Below are positions 28,340-39,233 of a stretch of 64,000 nt of DNA, piece after piece. The translations under genes and the position numbers were made by a program. The DNA is from Adineta vaga (taxonomy: Eukaryota; Animalia; Rotifera): positions 1,798,001-1,862,000 of the forward strand of contig CP075497.1 of NCBI GenBank assembly GCA_021613535.1, in the 5' to 3' direction. The notes under the pieces are model-generated. The model did not search any database. It was not told the DNA's origin and saw nothing but the letters and a program-made list of their open reading frames with translations. Position 1 is the first letter of the stretch. The number at the start of each line of letters is the position of its first letter.

Positions 28340-28410
28340 CGCGCAGAACATACTGCGTCTCCTATGAGAGATGAAGGTGCATCCCTGATCTGAGGGATAT
28401 CTGACATCAC
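28340..28410. repeat. Degenerate fragment of the 35485-35656 MITE family
   Basis: GAGAGATGAAGGTGCATCCCTGATCTGAGGGATATCTGACATCACTC resembles the right half of the 35.5-kb element. Confidence 0.6.
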
Positions 28411-28574
28411 TCATAAATCAATGGACAAGTTAAAATAGACACTCGATATTTTAGTTTTACAGGAAAAAAACAAGATGTTCTGATTTTATTCTCGTAATTT
28501 CGTTCTAAAATGTATAAATATATACTTAGTATTAAATTACAATGACATGAGAATTATTTTTATTTTATTCGTTT

Positions 28575-29645
28575 TTAAAATTCATCGTTCCATTTAAGTT
28601 GTCTTAAATGAATTTCGTAGGGTTGATTTGTTTCATCCATCTCTGTAACAATGAACAAACTTCCAGGAACAATTAAAACTTCTTCTTCATATTGATATTC
28701 AGATATTTTATCAATATCAAGTGCGGATTTTTTATCGAGTATTGTAAATATGATAACAACAGATAATCTTTCTGGTCTTGGTACTGATGGACAAGCGAAA
28801 CCTTTTGCAATTTTCCATGATTTTGATGTTGATTGAAATGATTTATTTGATAAAGCAATACCAATATGATATTGTTTGTAATCAGTTGGTGTAATTTCCA
28901 TTCCACGATATGTTTGTCCACAGAATCGATAAGGTTCAAAGGCAGAATTCATTGCAATTAAACCCGTATAATATCCAGTCCATTTTTTACATAATTTTTC
29001 ATAAACTTCTCGACGAGTTCCACTGGCCATTTCTGCATTTAAAAGTGAATAAAATTGACTTTGAGCTGTATAAGCTCGAAGTAAATAAATTGGATCATTT
29101 GTTTCTGAAGCTTGTTGAAAAAGATCTTTAACCAGTGCAGTTGATTTTTCTCGATCGTCGAGTAAAGCAAGAGCTTTATCAAGTTTTTTTATTGTTTTTT
29201 TAATTCCACGATCTTTCAAACAACCCCAATGTGTAGCACGAGAATAATATTCAGCTGAATTATCTTCAAAATTCCATTCAGGTTGTTCAACTGGATTATT
29301 ACTAAAACGTTGTTTTGTTGCTTCAGCTGATCGTGGAAAAAGTTGGGCAATTTCTTTAGTCTTTGCTTCATCCAACGGTGTACAACCATATCGATTGATT
29401 ATTCGTCGACATGCACCATATTCTAATAGCATTCGAACAATATCTGTATGTCCATTATACGAAGCTACATGAAGACATGTACTTCCATTAGGTTCTAAAC
29501 GATTGAGAAGTCTTAAAGGAGTTTGTGGTAATAAACGTTCGACTGTTGCTTTATCGCCATCTCGACAAGCAAAATATAAATCACTAACAATCATTACTGC
29601 CATTCTGCTCTTACGATTTGTACTCCTATGTGATTTTATATACAT
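28575..29645 (-). CDS. Ankyrin-repeat + R-S-E mono-ADP-ribosyltransferase (exoenzyme/ARTC-like), intronless
   Basis: Ankyrin repeats (LYFACRDG, GSTCLHVAS, GCTPLDEA), then LRAYT, TYRGM (R), SFQSTS (STS) and YEEEVL (ExE). The true start may be the downstream MAVM. Confidence 0.9.
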   Translation of the reverse strand: MYIKSHRSTNRKSRMAVMIVSDLYFACRDGDKATVERLLPQTPLRLLNRLEPNGSTCLHVASYNGHTDIVRMLLEYGACRRIINRYGCTPLDEAKTKEIAQLFPRSAEATKQRFSNNPVEQPEWNFEDNSAEYYSRATHWGCLKDRGIKKTIKKLDKALALLDDREKSTALVKDLFQQASETNDPIYLLRAYTAQSQFYSLLNAEMASGTRREVYEKLCKKWTGYYTGLIAMNSAFEPYRFCGQTYRGMEITPTDYKQYHIGIALSNKSFQSTSKSWKIAKGFACPSVPRPERLSVVIIFTILDKKSALDIDKISEYQYEEEVLIVPGSLFIVTEMDETNQPYEIHLRQLKWNDEF

Positions 29646-29973
29646 ATTTTTTTCTCTGTTGACATTAAGTATAGACGATTCTTTTTCTTTTATAAATCTT
29701 TCTATTCATGATTTTCGAAAATAGTCAAGATTCTAGCTCTTTTACCATTATAATTCTGTGCTATTAACATTACTTATACACACCAGGTGAGAAGATTTCA
29801 CTTCGTTATGTCTGAGTCTTTGATAGATGTCGTAGTTATATTGTATGTATCAATAGTGGTTTATTTATTCGTACATACAGATTGAGAGATGACTCATGTG
29901 TCATCATTCATAGATATATATATATATACATTCACTATGTAATAGCTTACTTAAGTTCTTTTTTCCAGAAAGA

Positions 29974-30690
29974 ATGGCTACTGTAAATAATGGTCGTTTA
30001 TCGTCGGAAATCTTTGTTTTTCTTCATGGATTTACTCAAGATAGTAATGTAGGTGGTGGTGGTCAAATAGCAAAATATATTGCATCATTATTTGAAGTTT
30101 CAGTTGAACAACCAAATCTAAATCAACCATCATTCAATGAATTCTCTGTTTCAAATGCAATCGATGTAATCAATCGACTATACGATGAAAAACAGAACAA
30201 ACAAATGAATCTTATCGGTGCTAGTATGGGTAAGTTTTATTCTTTTCAAACTGCAAATTTGTCGAAGAGAATCTCATACTTAGGTGGTTATATTGCTGCA
30301 TGTTATGCAGAACGTTATCCTGATCGTGTCAAGAAATTATTCCTTCTTTGTCCAGCATTTGGTTTAGTTGCTCGATGGCGTGAATTTTTAACCGACGATG
30401 ATTTAGAAAAATGGAAATCATCCGGATCATATTCATACGATGGTCGACAATTACATTATTCATTCTTTAATGATATTAAAGAAAAACATTCACCTTATCC
30501 TCAAGTATCTTGTCCAACATCCATCGTACATGGAAAATCCGATCAAATCATACCAATTGAAGCGAGTCGAAAATTTATTCAAGAACAAAAAACCAAAGGA
30601 TTGATTAATCTTGTTGAAGTTGATGATGATCATTATCTAACAAAAAGTTTATCACAAATTATTCAGAGTGTTTCACAGTTTTTACTTTAA
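29974..30690 (+). CDS. YqiA/YcfP-like alpha/beta hydrolase (esterase), copy 1, one in-frame 54-bp intron
   Basis: FLHGF, GASM|GG after removing the intron at ~30230-30283, LLCPAF, VHGKSDQIIP, DDDHYL. Confidence 0.88.
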   Translation: MATVNNGRLSSEIFVFLHGFTQDSNVGGGGQIAKYIASLFEVSVEQPNLNQPSFNEFSVSNAIDVINRLYDEKQNKQMNLIGASMGKFYSFQTANLSKRISYLGGYIAACYAERYPDRVKKLFLLCPAFGLVARWREFLTDDDLEKWKSSGSYSYDGRQLHYSFFNDIKEKHSPYPQVSCPTSIVHGKSDQIIPIEASRKFIQEQKTKGLINLVEVDDDHYLTKSLSQIIQSVSQFLL

Positions 30691-30736
30691 ATTAAATTTT
30701 TTTATTAAATAAACCTGCAATGTATTTTTGTTTTAG

Positions 30737-31468
30737 ATGAATAAAACTCTTTTAGAAACATATCGAGATTGCCCATTATGTTTAAAACTACTCTATGAAC
30801 CAGTTTCAACTTTATGTGGTCACACATTTTGTTTATTATGTCTTGAACGTTTTATAATTGCATCTGATTCGATATTAAAATGTCCTATATGTCGTGTTGA
30901 TTTAACTTATCTTCGTTCATGTTCAAATCAATTGAAAACAAATACAATTCTTCATAATCTTTTTCGTGAAATCTATGGAAATGAATATGAACTTCGACGA
31001 AATGAATTTGAAAATGAAAGAAAAAATATTATAAAGAAACGTTTAATTATTGGTAATACACATCAGTTATTACCATGTGATTATCATCATAAACAACATG
31101 AATGGAGTTTATTTATTAAATTTGAAAATGATGAAGAAAATCCTGATGAAATTAGTGAATATATTAAACAAATTCAAATTCATTTACATCCAACTTTTTC
31201 TCCATCACAAATTATTTTGGATAAACCACCATTTCGACTAACAAGAATTGGATGGTAGAAATAAAATGTTTTCTTGAAAGAGAAATTAGTTGTGAAGTTT
31301 TTGTTTAGGGGAGTTTTTACTGTTCAAATTTCAATTGAATTTCAAGGCAAATGGAATAAATCAGATTTAATAACAAATTGGTTTTTATCATTTACAAATA
31401 TGGGGAATCAAAAATCAATAGAAATTGGCTTTCAAAAATCTTCAAATAATTTATTCGATGAATCGTAA
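30737..31468 (+). CDS. RING-HC + YEATS domain protein, copy 1, 2 exons
   Basis: C3HC4 RING (CPLC..CGHTFC..C..CPIC). YEATS motifs IIGN, HEWSLFI, LHPTF, KPPF and GW|GVF across the intron at 31255-31308. Confidence 0.88.
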
Positions 31469-34147
31469 TATTAGTTTTGTATATAAAATATATCTTTATT
31501 TTTCTTTGGTTGTTGTTGTTGTTGTTTAACAATGAAGATTTATTATAAATAAATTGAATTCAAATTTCATTTCGACGATATTTTTTGGTTTATTCAATAG
31601 AAATCAATGATGTATAAAAGATCAAATTATAGATTTTACCAAAATGAAACCCGTTTATCTTTATAAAACTTCATATAAATCATAAAGAATACAAATTTTA
31701 TCAGTGAGCGCGACATAATGACTGAAAGCTTATTTTATGCAAAGATATAGTTACAATAAATGTTTATATCCTTGAAATAGAACACATCGACTAGATTTGA
31801 GTACATATGAATGTATGAAAAGCTAGTAAAATAATACATATATTTGCTTTGACGGTGTGCAGTTGTGATTGTAGGTCTCAGTATCTTGCTTGAGCTTGTC
31901 GAATAGCTTCTTGATCACTGTTATGATATATTTTGAGTTTATCATTTAAGGCTTCAGCTTCTAATTCATATTTATTTTTCATTTTCTTGAATTTGTTGTT
32001 ATAAAATTTTTCGTTCTTTCTTAAAATCACCTTGTTGAGCCCTGGCATTCTTGTTCAACTTTTTCTACTCTTTAAGTGTAAATTCCACGATGACCTGGGA
32101 TTGACAATAAGAACTATCATTAGTACAGTTTTCTTTTAGTTATTGTTTTTTATTATCAGAATCTGTTTTGATGGCATCTAAAAAGCATATATCAATACTG
32201 TTAACATTCGTGTTGACCAGGAGGTTATGAAGAAGAAGAACATTCAAGTTTGATGGAGTACATTGAAAGTTATGGTATCTTCTTCTCGAATACTTTCATT
32301 TTGATGGCCAAGTATGAACTTCATATTTGATTAAGAGTCTACATAGTTCAGTTCAAGTTCACAATCACTCACTTTCTAACAGTTGTTGAATTAAATGGTG
32401 GTATAGCTGATGATGATTCAATTAATTCAATGAACTGTTCAAAGTAATCCAAATCCCATTTATTGTCAGCAATTAATTGTCAATAATCCATTTGATCGAA
32501 AAACACGACCATTTCGCATAATCTTCAAAATTCAGATCTTTCATTTTCAGTAGAACATGCTTCAGAACTAAATAAATCTGATGTACATATGTTTGGATTA
32601 TGGTAATCTAAAGAAAATATTAAACTGAAATTAAATATATTTATTTCACAACTTTTCTGCATTGTTCATCAAACAATTACAATAAAATGTTAAGATTTCC
32701 AATCACCTGTAAGAAAAATTTTGGTTCACATGAAAAAATTCAAACTACACAATAATGTTTGAAATCTAGAACAATTATTTTCACCAGGTAAATTATAATC
32801 AACAATATTTCTTATTATACGTATTCGTAAATTATCTTATAAAGAAAAAGTACTTGTATCGATTCAATATCATGAAAATCGACATCATTTCTACCCTATA
32901 ATAGTTAAAGATAATTACTTTTCGCTATTTCATAGGAAAAAACGATTATCTGAGCTATCTTTTGGAGATTTGAAACTAGTGAAGTAGGGAAAATCATAAA
33001 ATAATCGTCTGAAAATCTTTTAAACATTGATAAAGAGTATTTTCTAAAAGTCAATGTATTTTGTCTTTCATATTGAAAGTGATTTTTAAAAGTTCTTTTA
33101 GTTATCTTGCTCTTTTCTCTTAATTTTCGGACCATAAGGTACATTGATCTTCTTCAAATAGATATGGATCTTGTATTTATTAGAATTTCCTTTGATATGC
33201 TAATTAACTTGAACATTTCTCCAAAATTTCAAATGAAAAGAAAAACAATGAAGTTAAATCTTAATTTATTTCTAATACTTTTTCATACGATATATGGAAA
33301 TGTAAGATTTGAAGCTTTCACTTGAATTGAGACAAGTTTAACGGATAAGGATATTATCTTATTTTAAAATATTTCATTTGTCTATACTAATTAACTCAAG
33401 AAAAGCAATTAGCACAATCTCTTGAGGGTCAAATGTGAAATCTGATCGAGTTACTTGTTTCGTAAGTGAGAAAATTTGCTGAAGTATGAGAAAAGAGAGA
33501 GGGATATGTCCAGATTTCTAACTCTATGGTACAACATTCCTTTCGGATACTGTCTTACAAAAGTAAGTCTCAGATGATATTGAAAAGATTTATTTCTACT
33601 ATTTCTCAAACAAATTTTAGCACACTTCAGTATTTTTCTACAAAGATGATCAAACTCTATCTTTGACATTACTTTAGATGGGTACGGGAGTAAGTCGACA
33701 AACTGATGAAGAAGTAAATCTTTATAATATCATTCCAGATCCTTGTTGATTCGTTTTCTACATATATTAAAATATCAAGTGAGACAAATGTATCGAAGAA
33801 AAGATTTTTTATTATTTTTAATAAAATAGTTTAATTTTTTTTTAAGATATCTTCATCAATGAATGAATTATTTTTGAAAAAGCAGGAAAATTAGAGTCAC
33901 ATGTTCAATCGAACGCTTACTATGGACGTGATTCAAAAGCTATTCTTGGTTTAATATATCATCGTTCATACTTGAGCAGATTTTCAAATCAGAAAAATTT
34001 TGATCGTGAAAAATCAAAAACTAAAGAATGGTGAGAAGCTGCAACAACAACTCAATTTTGAAGAATAAATAGACTTTTTAATAAAATGTAACAAAAGAAG
34101 ATATAATAAATTTAAAAAAATTAACGGAGAACAATAAAAACAATGGA

Positions 34148-36583
34148 TTAATTGGATAAAGCACCGGTTGGAATCGATGATGCAGGTCTAGGATTTGTTA
34201 AAAATATAAGACACTGCTGTTTGACCTTTTCTTGGATAGAAGGTGATAACACAATCTTGAGTAAGATAATTATACCAATACAAAAATAAACACTAGGTTG
34301 TAGAACACCTTTTTCTTGTATAAATATAGCCGATGCAATAACTCCAGCAAATATATTTAATAAGAATTCCAATGTTTGTCCTATATTAGAAAATGTTTAA
34401 AAAAGTCTCTATTATAATATCTGCCGCTAAATTAAGTAAAAAACAAAGGAAAACATAGACTATCGCTACTTTATATTAACTACATGTGGCACTAGAAACA
34501 TAGACCTATGCATCTTGATTAGTTCTAATGATTCATACATAGCATCACTATATTTGAAGTTCATACTTAGGGATAGATTGATGAAATGCACGGGAAAGCT
34601 TTTGCGTTTTTCTCAAAACCTGAATCTCGGCGCAAATTTTTTCATCATAGTTTATTCTAAAGAATTGCTGTTCTTCATTGATTAGTTAATTAGGACAAAA
34701 CCAAGGACGGTTAATAAATGTTGCTACACATACTAACTGTTTGTTTTGCATGCGAATTCTTTACAACGAACAGAGAATCTATCTTAATGCAATTAAGATG
34801 AATGTTTATTTGTACATATATGAACAAATATCTTCAAAAAATAGTATAAATGTCCAATATTAACATTACTAATTGAAAATAGTAAGTAACAATGATCTTC
34901 ATCTAACAACTAGGAACACGGAGAAAAAATGCATACAACATGCAAAGCGAAGAGGAAAACGACAAAAAGACACAAATAAGTAGGCACAAGTATATATAGA
35001 TGATTTTAGTGACCACAAAATAAGAAAGTAATTTTAAACGCTATGTTAATGTTATCGTGTTGATATAAAGCATCATAGGGTACCATTTAAAAATGTAATT
35101 TACCAGCTAATTACTTTTTTTTTGATTGTCAAGATTTTTTGTCACTAGAATAGAATGAAAAAGATTTGAAATAATTACAAATATCTCTAATTAAAAATTT
35201 ATTGCAGAATTGTCTTGTCGTAAGTAGAACAATACGATCATTTCCATTAACGACCTTCGCTTTGAAGAACGTATATTCTACTCAATTTGACTAGACCAAT
35301 GACGTAGTGTAAAATTCAACGGAAACGTATGCTCTTTACTCGTATTCTTAACTATAATTTACCTGAAACGTTAGACGTATCATGATAAAAAGTTTAAATC
35401 AATGTGAGAAAGAAAATAAAGAGATATTCTCTAATATTTTTCAACAGTAATGCTGCTGGATATATCAGAGTTAGGACTCCAGCAGTGTCACATATCCCGC
35501 ATTTTGTGCGTGATATGTGCATAATGAAGAGTGAGGGTGCGTATCCTGATGGAGATAACTGCATATCCCGCACAAAATGCTGCATCTCCCGCTAGAGACC
35601 AGCTCGTCTACTGAGGGAGATGAGGATGCATCCCCGATCTGCGGGATATGTGACACCACTCGCTGACGAGCGACATAATGTATCCAATCTGTAATATTTC
35701 TGTGCTTAAATATTTCTGAATTAAGTACTTACTGAGAAAATTAAAAAAGTAATTGTTGAGAAACTTTTTGCACCAACCACCTATGTCGATATTGTTGTCA
35801 TCTACAAAAAAGACATAGACTTAGTTTATGTTTCATTTATGGAGTTCTTGACAGTATTTATAATGTACAATGTACTTATTTTTATTTTTCATTACTTTTT
35901 AATATTTTATTCTGGTACTATTAAAAGTATAGAAGACTCCTTGCGAAAGCTTAGAAAATGTTCATTTTTTTATACTTTAGTCACAAAAATCGTTTGATAG
36001 AAAGTCATTGTTTGAAATTCATATTAATCTCCATAGATTTCGTCAGAATTATATGCCTAAATTTAAGTTCCGATATATCGAAAAATCCTGCTTCTACTTT
36101 TAATCTATAGATATTCATGGAAAAGAAGTCAGATAAATCACATCAAAGTCGTTTTTTTTTGTATTAAGACAAAATATCTAATTTTTCTGTTGTATAGACA
36201 GATTTTATTTGATTTCTATCGATCAAAATTCTAGAATTTCAACAGATTTTTACTTAACCAAGAATCGACAAAAATCAGATCTTTCCTTACATAAAGTATC
36301 AAGTACTATTAAATAAAAAACATTCTTTATATTTACCAGATTCATTAATATGATAGACTGGAATATCTCTTTGTTGAATATCCCATAATTGTGATGTCAT
36401 AATAGGTACTATGAAACTGTTTGTATCTGGATTAAATAATATGATATTTGTTTCGTTTGATATTGTATACATTGCTTTAACATTATCGATAAATTTTTCA
36501 AAAGGAACGGATGGATCAATAGTTAATAATTTTTCAATACCACGAGATTTAATATTTATTGATTTTAATCCACCCATGTGCAT
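34148..36583 (-). CDS. Putative 159-aa protein: ubiquitin/PB1-like N-terminal region + two hydrophobic helices, 2 exons
   Basis: Exon 36583-36337 (ends G|GTAAAT) splices in frame to exon 34380-34148 (preceded by TAG), giving ...YHINESGQTLEFLLNIFAGVIASAIF... The fold assignment is a guess. Confidence 0.5.
35485..35656. mobile_element. MITE-like element with perfect 17-bp terminal inverted repeats
   Basis: GTGTCACATATCCCGCA (35485-35501) / TGCGGGATATGTGACAC (35640-35656), GC-rich, with an additional internal inverted repeat. Confidence 0.75.
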
Positions 36584-37150
36584 TTTTCATCTACATAAAG
36601 AAAAAAAGAAAAAACGATATTAAAACAATAGCTAAATCTTGATGAATAAAATCGAGGAACGTATACTAAAAGATACAAAAAATATATATATATATAATGC
36701 TGCTGTCAAAAAAAAGGTATACAATTTGCATGAAAAATTGGCAAATGATAATAAACTGTATAAAGATGTCGCCATAAAACTAATTATAACAAGTCTCTCT
36801 CCTTAAACATGTGCGATATACACGCTTGTTTTTATAATAGAAATCTTCTGATTTTTATCTTTTTGAAAAATGAACTATTTTTCAATAGCGTGTCGCGGCA
36901 GCCGCAGACAGACTCTTAGCCACGACGGACATCTCCGTCACTTACTTTACCTTGTTTATCTTCATTAGCATTGTCGCACCTAAGAGGAGAATTGAGGGAA
37001 GAGTCGATCACTCCCTAAAATAGTACAGAGACTGCCAACTGAGTAAAATAGTAAGTAATTTGACGCTTTCTTTATTTAAAAGTATAAAGTATTTTTCAAA
37101 AGTACAAATCACTCTACTTGTAACTTATACTAATTATAAAAATCGTTTTT

Positions 37151-38110
37151 TTAAAATTCGTCATCCCATTTTAGTTGTTCTAAATTAATTTCATATGGAT
37201 GAGTTGTTTTATTAATATTCGTAACAATGAATAGAGTTCCGAGTAGAATTAAAACTTCTTCTTCATGTTGGTATTCAGATATTTGATCAATATTAAGTGC
37301 GGATTTTTTATCGATTATTGTAAATATGATAACAACAGATAATTTTCCTGGTCTTGGTACCGATAGACAACCAAAACCTTTTGCAATTTTCCATGATTTT
37401 CATGTTGATTGAAACGATTTATTTGATAAAGCAATACCAATTTGATATTGTTCATAATCAGTTGATGTAATTTGCATTCCTCGATATGTTAATCGATCAG
37501 GTTCAAATGCTGAATTCATTGAAATTAAACCTGTATAAGCACGAAGTAAATAAATTGGATCATTTGTTTCTAAAGCTTGTTGAAAAAGATCTTTAACCAG
37601 TGCAGTTGATTTTTCTCGATCGTCGAGTAAAGCAAGAGCTTTATCAAGTTTTTTTATTGTTTTTTTAATTCCACGATCTTTCAAACAACCCCAATGTGTA
37701 GCACGAGAATAATATTCAGCTGAATTATCTTCAAAATTCCATTCAGGTTGTTCAACTGGATTATTACTAAAACGTTGTTTTGTTGCTTCAGCTGATCGTG
37801 GAAAAAGTTGGGCAATTTCTTTAGTCTTTGCTTCATCCAACGGTGTACAACCATATCGATTGATTATTCGTCGACATGCACCATATTCTAATAGCATTCG
37901 AACAATATCTGTATGTCCATTATACGAAGCTACATGAAGACATGTACTTCCATTAGGTTCTAAACGATTGAGAAGTCTTAAAGGAGTTTGTGGTAATAAA
38001 CGTTCGACTGTTGCTTTATCGCCATCTCGACAAGCAAAATATAAATCACTAACAATCATTACTGCCATTCTGCTCTTACGATTTGTACTCCTATGCGATT
38101 TTATATACAT
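37151..38110 (-). pseudogene. Ankyrin-ART copy 2, catalytic domain disrupted
   Basis: Ankyrin half is near-identical to copy 1. There is a 34-codon in-frame deletion after LRAYT and a TCA>TGA stop in the STS motif (37400-37402). The frame continues to EYQHEEEVL...KWDDEF*. Confidence 0.88.
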
Positions 38111-38433
38111 ATTTTTTTTCTCTGTTGACATTAAGTATAGACGATTCTTTTTCTTTTATAAATCTTTCTATTCATGATTTTCGAAAATAGTCAAGATTCT
38201 AGCTCTTTTACCATTATAATTCTGTGCTATTAACATTACTTGTACACACCAGGTGAGAAGATTTCACTTCGTTATGTCTGAGTCTTTGATAGATGTCGTA
38301 GTTATATTGAATGTATCAATAGTGGTTTATTTATTCGTACATACAGATTGAGAGATGACTCATATGTCATCATTCATAGATATATATATATTCACTATGT
38401 AATAGCTTACTTAAGTTCTTTTTTCCAGAAAGA

Positions 38434-39150
38434 ATGGCTACTGTAAATAATGGTCGTTTATCGTCGGAAATCTTTGTTTTTCTTCATGGATTTACTCAAG
38501 ATAGTAATGTAGGTGGTGGTGGTCAAATAGCAAAATATATTGCATCATTATTTGAAGTTTCAGTTGAACAACCAAATCTAAATCAACCATCATTCAATGA
38601 ATTCTCTGTTTCAAATGCAATCGATGTAATCAATCGACTATACGATGAAAAACAGAACAAACAAATGAATCTTATCGGTGCTAGTATGGGTAAGTTTTAT
38701 TCTTTTCAAACTGCAAATTTGTCGAAGAGAATCTCATACTTAGGTGGTTATATTGCTGCATGTTATGCAGAACGTTATCCTGATCGTGTCAAGAAATTAT
38801 TTCTTCTTTGTCCAGCATTTGGTTTAGTTGCTCGATGGCGTGAATTTTTAACCGATGATGATTTAGAAAAATGGAAATCATCCGGATCATATTCATACGA
38901 TGGTCGACAATTACATTATTCATTCTTTAATGATATTAAAGAAAAACATTCACCTTATCCTCAAGTATCTTGTCCAACATCCATCGTACATGGAAAATCC
39001 GATCAAATCATACCAATTGAAGCGAGTCGAAAGTTTATTGAAGAACAAAAAACCAAAGGATTGATTAATCTTGTTGAAGTTGATGATGATCATTATTTAA
39101 CTAAAAGTTTATCACAGATTATTGAGATTGTTTCACAATTTTTACTTTAA
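38434..39150 (+). CDS. YqiA/YcfP-like alpha/beta hydrolase, copy 2
   Basis: Near-identical to 29974-30690. Confidence 0.88.
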   Translation: MATVNNGRLSSEIFVFLHGFTQDSNVGGGGQIAKYIASLFEVSVEQPNLNQPSFNEFSVSNAIDVINRLYDEKQNKQMNLIGASMGKFYSFQTANLSKRISYLGGYIAACYAERYPDRVKKLFLLCPAFGLVARWREFLTDDDLEKWKSSGSYSYDGRQLHYSFFNDIKEKHSPYPQVSCPTSIVHGKSDQIIPIEASRKFIEEQKTKGLINLVEVDDDHYLTKSLSQIIEIVSQFLL

Positions 39151-39233
39151 ATTAAATATTTTTATATTAAATAAACCTGCAATGTATTTTTGTTTCAGAT
39201 TAAAATCTTCTCTAAGAAAAGATTATATTTTAG

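Noticed and set aside
31860-33700. Coding-like minus-strand fragments (coiled-coil-like ...LEAEALNDKLKIYHNSDQEAIRQAQARY) in the spacer
   Set aside because: Many stops and frameshifts and no recognisable family. Possibly a decayed gene or transposon, but it cannot be supported.
37400-37402. In-frame TGA in ART copy 2 as possible selenocysteine or readthrough
   Set aside because: It replaces a Ser TCA and co-occurs with deletions in the catalytic domain, so pseudogenisation is simpler.
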